Assembly: GCA_030428125.1 (NCBI GenBank)
Contig: JAUIBF010000001.1
Span: forward strand, 426,383-490,382
From: a bacterium
GTDB taxonomy: Bacteria > Patescibacteriota > Saccharimonadia > Saccharimonadales > SZUA-47
Direction of reading: 5' to 3'
DNA length: 64,000 nt
The position numbers and the translations under genes are program-made. Below are positions 9,439 to 17,313 of this stretch, one piece after another (the first letter of the stretch is position 1; each line of letters begins with the position of its first letter). The notes under the pieces are model-generated. The model was given only the letters and a program-made list of their open reading frames with translations. It searched no databases and was not told where the DNA came from.

Positions 9439-10383
9439 ATGTCAGACCATATCAATACACCAACCATTACAAGTGTTACTGATGACGCTGATAACACAGC
9501 AACATTCACAGTAGAGCCGCTACATAATGGTTACGGCATGACTCTAGGAAACTCTATCCGCCGAGTACTGCTATCAAGCATCGCAGGTGCTGCTGTAACT
9601 TCATTCCGAATTGACGGTGTTACACACGAGTTTACTGCGGTTGACGGCGTTAAAGAAGACGTTGTTGACATCATGCAAAACCTAAAAGGCATCCGATTTA
9701 AAGTATTTTCTGATGATGCTCAAACACTATCTATCGAAAAGAAAGGTGCAGGAGCTGTAACAGCTGCTGACATCAAGACAAATGCTGATGTTGAAGTCGT
9801 AAATGGCGACCACCACATTGCAACTGTTGACGGAAAAGGTGGCTTCAAGGCTGAAATCGTAGTTGAAAAAGGCCGTGGATACCGAACAATCGAAGAAACT
9901 AGCGCAAACCGCCAAAGTTCAGACTTTATTGCTGTTGACGCTATCTTCAGCCCAGTTTTCCGAGTACGTTACAAAGTAGAAAGCACACGTGTTGGTCAAA
10001 TGACTAACCTGGATAAGCTTATCTTAACTGCTGAAACTGATGGATCTATCACTCCACGTGACGCATTCGAAGAAGCAAGTGCACTTCTTGCAAACCAATA
10101 CACTGCACTAGCTGGCAAGACAACTGTAGAAGCTGCTCCATTGCAACTTCATGTTCCTGCTAACGAAGCTAGCGTATCTGCAGAAGAAGAAAAAGACGCA
10201 CTAACTACTTCTATCGAGGACCTAAACTTCTCAGCTCGAACTACAAATGCTCTAATCAACAATGACATCCACACATTGAAAGACTTGTTTAGCCTAACTG
10301 ATGCAGAACTAAAAGACCTTAAAGGTTTTGGTTCAAAAGCATTGGATGAAGTTCGTGAAAAACTAGCGGAGCTTGAACTGTAA
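9439..10383 (+). CDS. rpoA: DNA-directed RNA polymerase subunit alpha
   Basis: 314 aa with an alpha NTD (GMTLGNSIRRVLLSSI) and a CTD HhH (LNFSARTTNALINNDIHTLKDL). Confidence 0.95.
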   Translation: MSDHINTPTITSVTDDADNTATFTVEPLHNGYGMTLGNSIRRVLLSSIAGAAVTSFRIDGVTHEFTAVDGVKEDVVDIMQNLKGIRFKVFSDDAQTLSIEKKGAGAVTAADIKTNADVEVVNGDHHIATVDGKGGFKAEIVVEKGRGYRTIEETSANRQSSDFIAVDAIFSPVFRVRYKVESTRVGQMTNLDKLILTAETDGSITPRDAFEEASALLANQYTALAGKTTVEAAPLQLHVPANEASVSAEEEKDALTTSIEDLNFSARTTNALINNDIHTLKDLFSLTDAELKDLKGFGSKALDEVREKLAELEL

Positions 10384-10817
10384 TGCATAGACACGGATAT
10401 AAAGGTCGCAAATTCGGCCGTGAAAGGGATCAGCGTGAAGCTCTTATTAAGGGCCTAGCGGATAGCTTGATTCTTCACGAGTCAATTGAGACCACATTAG
10501 AAAAGGCTAAGGACCTACGTCCATACGTAGAAAAATTAGTCACCAAGGCACGCAAAGGTGGACTTCACAATCGTCGTCAGATTATTAAATCTGTACAGAC
10601 TCTTGAAGCAGCACACAAGCTTGTCGATGACATCGCTCCAAAGATGAAGCGAGACAGTGGATACCTACGAATTGAGAAGTCAGATTTACGCCGAGGCGAT
10701 AATGCACAGATGGCAAGAATCTCATTTGTTGATGATTTGAAGGAAGCTCCAGTTGCTAAAAAAGCTGAAGCTAAGCCTGCTGTAAAGAAAACTACTGCTA
10801 AAAAGGAGGCTAAATAA
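10383..10817 (+). CDS. rplQ: 50S ribosomal protein L17
   Basis: MHRHGYKGRKFGRERDQREALIKGLA is L17-like. It carries a K/A-rich C-tail. Confidence 0.94.
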   Translation: MHRHGYKGRKFGRERDQREALIKGLADSLILHESIETTLEKAKDLRPYVEKLVTKARKGGLHNRRQIIKSVQTLEAAHKLVDDIAPKMKRDSGYLRIEKSDLRRGDNAQMARISFVDDLKEAPVAKKAEAKPAVKKTTAKKEAK

Positions 10818-11260
10818 TGAAAACTTATTCAGCTAAACCAACAGAAGTTGAACGAAAATGGTATGTGATTGATGCTTCAGAAGCACCAGTTGGTAGAATT
10901 TCTACAAAAATCGCTACGCTTTTGACTGGAAAAGGTAAGCCAATGTTTACCTCACACATCGATTGCGGTGATTACGTAATTGTAATTAACACTGATAAAG
11001 CTGTATTTTCAGGACTAAAAGAGGAAGATAAGAAATATTATCGGCACACTGGATATCCTGGTGGTATCAAGGAACGAACTGTTAGAGAACAACGTGAACT
11101 TGATTCGACAGCTCTAATCGAAAAATCAGTATTTGGAATGTTACCAACTAACAAGTTGCGTGACGGACGAATGAAGAGACTTAAACTTTACGCTGGTGCA
11201 GAGCACAACAACGAAGCTCAAAAGCCAGAAGTTATTAGTTTCAAGAAAGAAGGTAAATAA
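10817..11260 (+). CDS. rplM: 50S ribosomal protein L13
   Basis: L13-like N-terminus (VERKWYVIDASEAPVGRISTKIATLLTGK); 147 aa. Confidence 0.95.
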   Translation: MKTYSAKPTEVERKWYVIDASEAPVGRISTKIATLLTGKGKPMFTSHIDCGDYVIVINTDKAVFSGLKEEDKKYYRHTGYPGGIKERTVREQRELDSTALIEKSVFGMLPTNKLRDGRMKRLKLYAGAEHNNEAQKPEVISFKKEGK

Positions 11261-11652
11261 TGGCTGAGCATTACACATACGCATTAGGTCGCCGAAAAAG
11301 CGCTACAGCACGTGTACGCCTAACAAACGGTAAAGGAAATATTACTGTTAACGGTGTAACTGCTGAAGAGTATTTTGCTGGAAGCGGTATGCTTCTAACT
11401 GAGCTAAAAGCTCCGTTTAAAGCTATAGAAGACGACAAATACAATGCATCTGTAGTTGTAAGTGGTGGTGGCCACGCTGGTCAAGTTGACGCTATTAAGC
11501 TTGCTATCTCTAAAGCTCTTGTTGAAAAGAACGAAAGCTTGAAAGGTACGCTTAAGAAAGCTGACCTACTCGGACGAGATCCTCGAGAGAAAGAACGTAA
11601 GAAGTTCGGACTTAAAGGCGCTCGTAAGCAACGACAGTTTACCAAGCGTTAG
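11260..11652 (+). CDS. rpsI: 30S ribosomal protein S9
   Basis: 130 aa ending ...ARKQRQFTKR, with the S9 core GGGHAGQVDAIKLAISKAL. Confidence 0.95.
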   Translation: MAEHYTYALGRRKSATARVRLTNGKGNITVNGVTAEEYFAGSGMLLTELKAPFKAIEDDKYNASVVVSGGGHAGQVDAIKLAISKALVEKNESLKGTLKKADLLGRDPREKERKKFGLKGARKQRQFTKR

Positions 11653-11670
11653 GAAACTTTCGTTAACTAG

Positions 11671-11701
11671 ATACCCCGGGCACTATACCTGGGGTATTTT
11701 T
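11671..11701 (+). terminator. Intrinsic terminator of the r-protein operon
   Basis: ATACCCCGG (11671-11679) pairs with CCTGGGGTAT-side bases 11689-11697 (9 bp including one G-U). The loop is 9 nt and a T-run follows. Confidence 0.75.
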
Positions 11702-11704
11702 AGT

Positions 11705-11733
11705 TTGCAATTGTAATAGTTTAGTTGTATTAT
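11705..11733 (+). promoter_or_regulatory. sigma70-like promoter of the pheA leader
   Basis: TTGCAA (11705-11710), 17-nt spacer, TATTAT (11728-11733). The leader ATG lies 9 nt downstream. Confidence 0.55.
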
Positions 11734-11742
11734 CATCTTGAT

Positions 11743-11820
11743 ATGAAACAGATCGTAAACTTCTTTTACTTTTGGTTTACTAGCCCTAAACAGGCGGTTT
11801 GTTCAGTACGCATAAAATAA
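11743..11820 (+). CDS. Aromatic-rich leader peptide MKQIVNFFYFWFTSPKQAVCSVRIK
   Basis: A 25-codon ORF not in the track with six consecutive Phe/Tyr/Trp codons at 11761-11778. It contains the antiterminator arm and lies upstream of the pheA-like gene. Confidence 0.6.
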   Translation: MKQIVNFFYFWFTSPKQAVCSVRIK

Positions 11821-11867
11821 TTAAGCAAGATAAGAACAAGACAGACCGCCAGGACAGGCGGTTTTTT
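11793..11867 (+). promoter_or_regulatory. Attenuator with alternative antiterminator (11793-11802 : 11841-11850) and terminator (11843-11850 : 11857-11864 plus T6)
   Basis: Hand-paired 10-bp versus 8-bp mutually exclusive helices share the ACCGCC arm. T6 lies at 11862-11867. Confidence 0.6.
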
Positions 11868-11885
11868 AAATTAACGGAGTAGTAA

Positions 11886-12749
11886 ATGGGTCTAATAGTA
11901 GCGCAACAAGGAATAAAGGGTTCGTATCATGACATAGTTCGTCAGGATATGTTTCCCGATAGTACTATGATGGGTCTAGATAGCTTTCATGAAGTCGTTT
12001 TAGCTGTTGAGGATCGATCTGCAGATATTGGTATTATGGCTGTAGAAAACTCTATACATGCGGACACTCCAGCAGCTTTGGAGTTGCGTACGAACTTTGA
12101 AAGGTTGGAGATATTTGGTGAAACTGTGCTAGATATTACTCACAGACTAATCGGTGCGGCAGACGGTGATATTGACGAGATTAGGTCACATCAAGTTGCA
12201 ATAAGTCAGTGCCGTAAACGTGCTCGCGAACTATATCCAGGCGTTCGGCTTGTAGAGTCAGTAGATACAGCTGTAGCAGTTGAGGAAGTTGCCAGATTAG
12301 CTTTGCAAGGCGTAACTAACGTTGCTGCTATCGGTAGTCGGCTAGCCGGACAGCTCCATCCACATCTAGCAGAAATCCAGACGGATATGAACGACTACGA
12401 TAACAATCAGACGAGGTTCTTGATTTTTAAACGCGAAGATAACGATATTGTAGATTTGGATCCTGATAAAGCCGATAAGACTACGGTGAGGTTAGTTGTA
12501 CCGGATAGAAAAGATGGTCTACTGGACGCGATGAAGATTCTTAGCTATTACGACGTTAACTACACCTCATTAATCGCTAACGGATTTAGGTATGATTCAA
12601 GAGATGGTGAAATTGTTATTCCTGCGGAGTTTACACATGCATGGCACGATGATCGTTTGGTGCAGGCAGTGGCGGAAATAAAGAGCAAGTTAGGTGGAAA
12701 AGTCGATAATTTAGGAAGCTACCCAACAGGGAAAGTTTTGAAGGTTTAA
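11886..12749 (+). CDS. pheA: Prephenate dehydratase (PDT domain plus ACT-like domain)
   Basis: 287 aa with PDT motifs (IMAVENSIHA, IRSHQVAISQC, NNQTRFLIF). A C-terminal ACT-like segment follows (KTTVRLVVPDRKDGLLDAMKIL). Confidence 0.8.
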   Translation: MGLIVAQQGIKGSYHDIVRQDMFPDSTMMGLDSFHEVVLAVEDRSADIGIMAVENSIHADTPAALELRTNFERLEIFGETVLDITHRLIGAADGDIDEIRSHQVAISQCRKRARELYPGVRLVESVDTAVAVEEVARLALQGVTNVAAIGSRLAGQLHPHLAEIQTDMNDYDNNQTRFLIFKREDNDIVDLDPDKADKTTVRLVVPDRKDGLLDAMKILSYYDVNYTSLIANGFRYDSRDGEIVIPAEFTHAWHDDRLVQAVAEIKSKLGGKVDNLGSYPTGKVLKV

Positions 12750-12750
12750 T

Positions 12751-13437
12751 ATGAGTGACATAGTAGGAATAGTTGGGTGTAACGGCGACTTAGGTGGGCA
12801 ACTAGCCTTGTTACATAGACAGTTTGGCGTTGAAGTGGTAGGGTTTGATATTGAATATCGTGAACGACCTTTTAAAGTCGTGCAGAGTCTGGCAGAACTT
12901 CAAGTACAAGTTGAAAATATTCACTGGTGTGCACCTGCTTCAGTAATAGATACTTACGATGCAGAGCATACAGATTTAGGTCGAGTAATTTTGCACGATA
13001 GCGTCATGAATAACAGTGCGTTGGCGTGCGATGTTCTCTCGGAGAGAACCAATAGAGGAGTAGGTATGGCTCACATGCTAATGAACTCGCAAAATATGGT
13101 GGTGATTGCTCAAGAGTCAGATGACCCTATAAGTTTGGTTGGCATTTTTGAAGACATTGGTTGTAAAACCCAAATCATGTCCGCTGTAGAGCATGATACA
13201 GTTATGGCTCACTCTCAAGCTATATACGCGATACTGCACGAGCTTGTTAGCGAAGAATTAACTACATATGGTAACTTTGGCCTGCTAACACCCTCAGGAG
13301 AAGAGTTAAAAGGTGCATTAGAAAGTAGAGCAGCGATTTGGACCCCTGCTACAATGGCGTCGCTACTTAAGAATCCACAAATAATTCCACTATTAGAAAA
13401 AGCTAGGAATATGGCTAAGGCGAGAAATGGTAACTAA
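12751..13437 (+). CDS. Prephenate/arogenate dehydrogenase-like protein (short TyrA-like)
   Basis: 228 aa with an N-terminal Rossmann-like IVGIVGCNGDLGG and a VEHDTVMAHSQAIYAILH segment resembling the TyrA H-D...H region. It is adjacent to pheA. The assignment is tentative. Confidence 0.5.
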   Translation: MSDIVGIVGCNGDLGGQLALLHRQFGVEVVGFDIEYRERPFKVVQSLAELQVQVENIHWCAPASVIDTYDAEHTDLGRVILHDSVMNNSALACDVLSERTNRGVGMAHMLMNSQNMVVIAQESDDPISLVGIFEDIGCKTQIMSAVEHDTVMAHSQAIYAILHELVSEELTTYGNFGLLTPSGEELKGALESRAAIWTPATMASLLKNPQIIPLLEKARNMAKARNGN

Positions 13438-13447
13438 GGATAAAACA

Positions 13448-13510
13448 ATGAAATTTTTAAACAATAAGTTTTGGTATTTCGTGACGACACTAGGTTGGCG
13501 GTATTGCTGA
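13448..13510 (+). CDS. Second aromatic-rich leader peptide MKFLNNKFWYFVTTLGWRYC
   Basis: A 20-codon ORF not in the track with SD AAGGA at 13436-13440. Seven of its 20 codons are Phe/Trp/Tyr. It contains the antiterminator arm. Confidence 0.6.
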   Translation: MKFLNNKFWYFVTTLGWRYC

Positions 13511-13557
13511 AGTTACTAAATTTAACGAACTACAGACCGCCGACGAGGCGGTTTTTT
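13494..13557 (+). promoter_or_regulatory. Second attenuator with antiterminator (13494-13502 : 13536-13544) versus terminator (13534-13541 : 13547-13554 plus T6)
   Basis: Hand-paired 9-bp versus 8-bp alternative helices. The terminator sequence ACAGACCGCC...AGGCGGTTTTTTAA is nearly identical to the one at 11841-11869. Confidence 0.6.
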
Positions 13558-13583
13558 AATAGATAAATTAAGGAGAAAAAATA

Positions 13584-13847
13584 ATGAATAACTTAAGTTT
13601 AGCGCAAGTCCAAGAATTACTAAGGGAAAATAAAGTTTTAGTTACGCCTGAAGATGACGGAAATCCTGTCCATACTGCTCATGCGATGGGCATTATTGGA
13701 CTAGAACAAGTAGAGCTCACAGAGTCTGGATACTTTGACGGGGTTGATCAAAGTAGAATGATTACCCACGGAAGGGTTGTTGATACTGTTGGTTTTGGTC
13801 AACGAGTAATGCAAGCGGTACTTCTTGATGACGGGAGTTTGACGTGA
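13584..13847 (+). CDS. Hypothetical protein (87 aa)
   Basis: Strong SD (AAGGAGA). It is the first gene after attenuator 2 and its stop overlaps the next start. I recognise no motif. Confidence 0.55.
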   Translation: MNNLSLAQVQELLRENKVLVTPEDDGNPVHTAHAMGIIGLEQVELTESGYFDGVDQSRMITHGRVVDTVGFGQRVMQAVLLDDGSLT

Positions 13848-14425
13848 AAACCATAGCAATTATTGGCGGAATGGGACCCCAAGCCTCATTATTCGCACAA
13901 AAAAAGATTATTGAGGAATTAGAAAAACGAGATATTAAAGCGAACACCGTTCATATATCTTTAAGCATTGATGAGTTTTTTGATGAAGAGCCTAAATTAA
14001 ATTTAGCTAAAGAACAAAAGAGCTTACTCAAAAACATTAAGGCAGATACGGGTATCATTGCTTGCAATACAGCACACATATTTTTTGATGATTTCCAAAA
14101 ACTAGTAAGTTTTCCTTTGGTTAGTTTAGTTAATGAAGTAGAACTAAGCTCTGATAGCACTATTGTCTGCTCTCCGACAAGCAGAAGCATTAAGATATTC
14201 GGAAGTGACGTACATTACTTAAATGACGATGAATCAAAAATGATCGGAGAAGTAATAAGAAATATCAATCAAAGCAAAAAACACGTTAAGCTTTCAAAAA
14301 TAGTAAAAAACAAGAAAGATCTAGTCTTTGCCTGTTCAGAGATAAGCATGCTTGCTGACCAGGAAGGTATAGATGGTACTGATACTTTGAAGCTTGCTGT
14401 TGATAAGGTAGTAAATACGCTATAA
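13844..14425 (+). CDS. Asp/Glu/hydantoin racemase-family protein (short)
   Basis: IAIIGGMGPQAS, ACNTAH and ACSEIS motifs correspond to the two catalytic-Cys segments of aspartate/glutamate racemases; 193 aa. Confidence 0.7.
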   Translation: MKTIAIIGGMGPQASLFAQKKIIEELEKRDIKANTVHISLSIDEFFDEEPKLNLAKEQKSLLKNIKADTGIIACNTAHIFFDDFQKLVSFPLVSLVNEVELSSDSTIVCSPTSRSIKIFGSDVHYLNDDESKMIGEVIRNINQSKKHVKLSKIVKNKKDLVFACSEISMLADQEGIDGTDTLKLAVDKVVNTL

Positions 14426-15480
14426 TGAAATTAATGAGCAAACAGGTAATTTTGACTGGTATTAGAGCCAACAATGATTTAACTATTGGCAACTATTTTG
14501 GTGCAATTTTGCCAATGATTGATATGGCAACTACTCGCGCTGAAGAGTTTCAGGTTAATTTATTTGTGCCGGATTTGCATAGCTTTACCACACCCATAAA
14601 CCATAGAGAACTGCAGTCGGCCATTTGGAATAATCTACGGATATTTGTGGCCGCGGGGTTACCTCTAGATCAGCCAGATATTCATATATATCGTCAAAGT
14701 TACATCCCGGCACATAGTGAAATGACTTGGATTATAGATTGTTTTGTCGGTATGGGTGAACTTGGCAGAATGACTCAGTTTAAAGAAAAATCTTACAAAG
14801 AGGATGAATCAAAATCTGGCGAGGATAGGGTGAGGGTAGGTTTGTTCAATTACCCAGTGCTTATGGCGGCTGATATCTTGCTTTATAACGCTACATATGT
14901 GCCGGTTGGAGACGATCAGACACAACATTTAGAATTTACACGTGATATTGCAGAACGATTAAACAATAAGTTTGACCAGGAGTTATTCACGATTCCAAAA
15001 CCTGTTAAAGAACAGCACGAATTCTTCGGAAAAGACCAAGGATTACGCATTAAAGATTTGCAAGACCCAACTAAAAAGATGAGTAAATCTGATGAATCTG
15101 GAAAAGGTGTAATATTCTTGAACGATTCGCCTGAGCTAGCAGCTAAAAAAGTCATGTCAGCTACAACAGATTCTGTTGGTCAAGTTAACCTAGACTGGGA
15201 AAATCAACCGGGAATATCTAATCTGTTGCAAATTCTAGCTCTATTTCAGCATAGAAGTATTGAAGAAGTGGCATCAGAGTGGCAAGGAAACACGCAATAC
15301 GGTGAATTTAAGAAGACGGTCGCTGACGCTGTCAAGGGCTTCTTAGTTGACCTGCAAGACAAATTAGCTCAAGTAGACGATTCTGCTGTAAAAACCAAGC
15401 TAGAGGCCTCTGAAGCAGCTATGGACAAAGTTGCTGGTGAGACGCTACTAAAAACTCAAAAAGCCGTAGGTTTGCGTTGA
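14425..15480 (+). CDS. trpS: Tryptophan--tRNA ligase
   Basis: 351 aa with a TIGN variant of HIGH, YPVLMAADILLY, VPVGDDQTQHLEFTRDIAERLN and KMSKS. Confidence 0.93.
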   Translation: MKLMSKQVILTGIRANNDLTIGNYFGAILPMIDMATTRAEEFQVNLFVPDLHSFTTPINHRELQSAIWNNLRIFVAAGLPLDQPDIHIYRQSYIPAHSEMTWIIDCFVGMGELGRMTQFKEKSYKEDESKSGEDRVRVGLFNYPVLMAADILLYNATYVPVGDDQTQHLEFTRDIAERLNNKFDQELFTIPKPVKEQHEFFGKDQGLRIKDLQDPTKKMSKSDESGKGVIFLNDSPELAAKKVMSATTDSVGQVNLDWENQPGISNLLQILALFQHRSIEEVASEWQGNTQYGEFKKTVADAVKGFLVDLQDKLAQVDDSAVKTKLEASEAAMDKVAGETLLKTQKAVGLR

Positions 15481-15481
15481 C

Positions 15482-15595
15482 ATGAGCGAGAAATCGCCTA
15501 AAAATTTAGAAAAATCAATATTTTGGCCACTAAATAAAGTTGCCAAGCTCATCGGAGATATAATACTAAGCCCATTTAAGCCACCTGAGAAATGA
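15482..15595 (+). CDS. Possible 37-aa coupling ORF (MSEKSPKNLEKSIFWPLNKVAKLIGDIILSPFKPPEK)
   Basis: It fills the trpS-rluA gap exactly. The ATG is 1 nt after the trpS stop and the TGA overlaps the next ATG (ATGA). I see no SD and recognise no homology. Confidence 0.3.
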   Translation: MSEKSPKNLEKSIFWPLNKVAKLIGDIILSPFKPPEK

Positions 15596-16452
15596 AGCAA
15601 AATATAACAATTACAGAACAAGAAGGGGTGGTAAGGGTAGATAAATTTCTGTCTTCTAAGTTCCCGGAATACTCACGTGCAGCGATCACTAAGCTGTTTA
15701 CGCTGAATCTAATAAAGCTAAATGGTGAACCCATACAGCCTGGTCATAAGTTAAGGCCAGGAACTAGTTTTGAATACGATTTAGGACCTCTGCAAGCAAA
15801 ACCTGAAGTAATTCCTTTGCCAATTATCTTTGAAGACCAGGACGTAATTGTGATTGATAAGCCTGCAGGAATAATTTCTCATGCTCGTGGTAGATTCTGG
15901 CAGGAGGCTTCAGTAGCTAGCTTTATTCGTGATCGAATAAGTGGGATGGAAGGTGAACGAGGCGGAATAGTGCATCGGCTAGACAGGGCAACTAGCGGAG
16001 TAATGATTTGTGCTAAAAATGTAGATACATTAAAGTTCTTACAAAAACAGTTCAGCGATAGAAAAGTACAAAAAACATACCTAGCAATTACTAAAAATAC
16101 ACCGAAAGAAACAAAGGCTAGCATCATGGCACCGATTGCCCGTAATGAAAAGGATCCTAAACGCTTTAAGATAACTAAAAATGGTAAGCCGGCAGAGACT
16201 TTATATACAGTTCTGAAAACTACGGAAAAAGGCTCTTTAATCGAACTAAGTCCAAAAACCGGAAGAACTCATCAATTAAGATTGCATCTGGACTACATCG
16301 GATGTCCTATTGTTGGCGACGAGTTGTACGGAGGTGAATACAATAGTCGATTATTACTTCACGCTCAGAAGCTTAAAATCACCATGAGAAACGGTAAAGA
16401 AGTAGAGTTCGAATCTAAATTGCCTAAACACTTTTCGGAGTATTTAAAATGA
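15592..16452 (+). CDS. RluA-family 23S rRNA pseudouridine synthase (RluD-like, S4 domain)
   Basis: N-terminal S4-like domain and the catalytic HRLDRATSGVMI motif; 286 aa. Confidence 0.88.
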   Translation: MKQNITITEQEGVVRVDKFLSSKFPEYSRAAITKLFTLNLIKLNGEPIQPGHKLRPGTSFEYDLGPLQAKPEVIPLPIIFEDQDVIVIDKPAGIISHARGRFWQEASVASFIRDRISGMEGERGGIVHRLDRATSGVMICAKNVDTLKFLQKQFSDRKVQKTYLAITKNTPKETKASIMAPIARNEKDPKRFKITKNGKPAETLYTVLKTTEKGSLIELSPKTGRTHQLRLHLDYIGCPIVGDELYGGEYNSRLLLHAQKLKITMRNGKEVEFESKLPKHFSEYLK

Positions 16453-17285
16453 TCCTAAACCCCATTACTGAAAGGTGGCTGGGCGCTTTTATTAACCGTC
16501 CGGTCTCTACATTGTTGATTGAAACGCGTGGTGATGTAAGCGCTGGCCTAGAAATAGCTGAAAGAATTCATAAAGAGTTGATCAAGTCTAAAAATCATCC
16601 TATTAACACGCTAAAGTTCGAAGAGCAAAAGTCGATCGGTATCGATGATGTCCGAGATATTCAGAAGTCTATGGCACTAAAAGCAGATAATACTGAAGAA
16701 ATTAGTAGAATAACAGTTATAGAATCGGCCGAAAGACTTACCCCAGAAGCACAGAACGCATTATTAAAGCTAATTGAAGAGTTGCCTGATAAAACTATAA
16801 TAATTCTGCTTATTGAGCAAAAGGAAGATATGCTACAAACAATACAGTCCAGATGTTTTGTGTTGCCAGTATTCCCGATTACAGAAGAACAGTCTAAGAT
16901 TTACGCTAATAAACAGGGCTATGATTTAAAAGAAGCATCCAAGGCATACATTATGAGTGAAGGACTTTATAGCGAATTCGAACAACTTTTGACTGACCCT
17001 AATGATAGTTTTCATGAAAGTATAAATGTGGCAAAGAAATTCTTGCAGTCATCAGTGTTCGAGAGGCAAAAAAGCTTAACTGAAATTCAAAAATCCGATT
17101 CTGTGAATGAGTTTTTGAAAGCATTAAGTTTAACGGCAAAATCCGGAATGAGGTTGTCTAAAACATTGGAATCAAAAAAGAAATGGAAAAATATCTTAAG
17201 TTCAACACTTAATTCTCAGGAACAACTAAAAAGCAACGTAAATGCAAAGCTCGTACTGCTTAATTTAAGCGTTGCGCTGCCTTAA
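16449..17285 (+). CDS. holB: DNA polymerase III subunit delta-prime-like
   Basis: 278 aa with a clamp-loader-like AQNALLKLIEELP...TIQSRC motif but no intact P-loop. Confidence 0.7.
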   Translation: MILNPITERWLGAFINRPVSTLLIETRGDVSAGLEIAERIHKELIKSKNHPINTLKFEEQKSIGIDDVRDIQKSMALKADNTEEISRITVIESAERLTPEAQNALLKLIEELPDKTIIILLIEQKEDMLQTIQSRCFVLPVFPITEEQSKIYANKQGYDLKEASKAYIMSEGLYSEFEQLLTDPNDSFHESINVAKKFLQSSVFERQKSLTEIQKSDSVNEFLKALSLTAKSGMRLSKTLESKKKWKNILSSTLNSQEQLKSNVNAKLVLLNLSVALP

Positions 17286-17297
17286 GTACTTAAAAAA

Positions 17298-17306
17298 TGT
17301 TACAAT
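17298..17306 (+). promoter_or_regulatory. Extended -10 promoter (TGtTACAAT) 7 nt before the ATG at 17314
   Basis: TG at 17298-17299 and TACAAT at 17301-17306. There is no SD before the start. Confidence 0.4.
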
Positions 17307-17313
17307 ATAGTTC

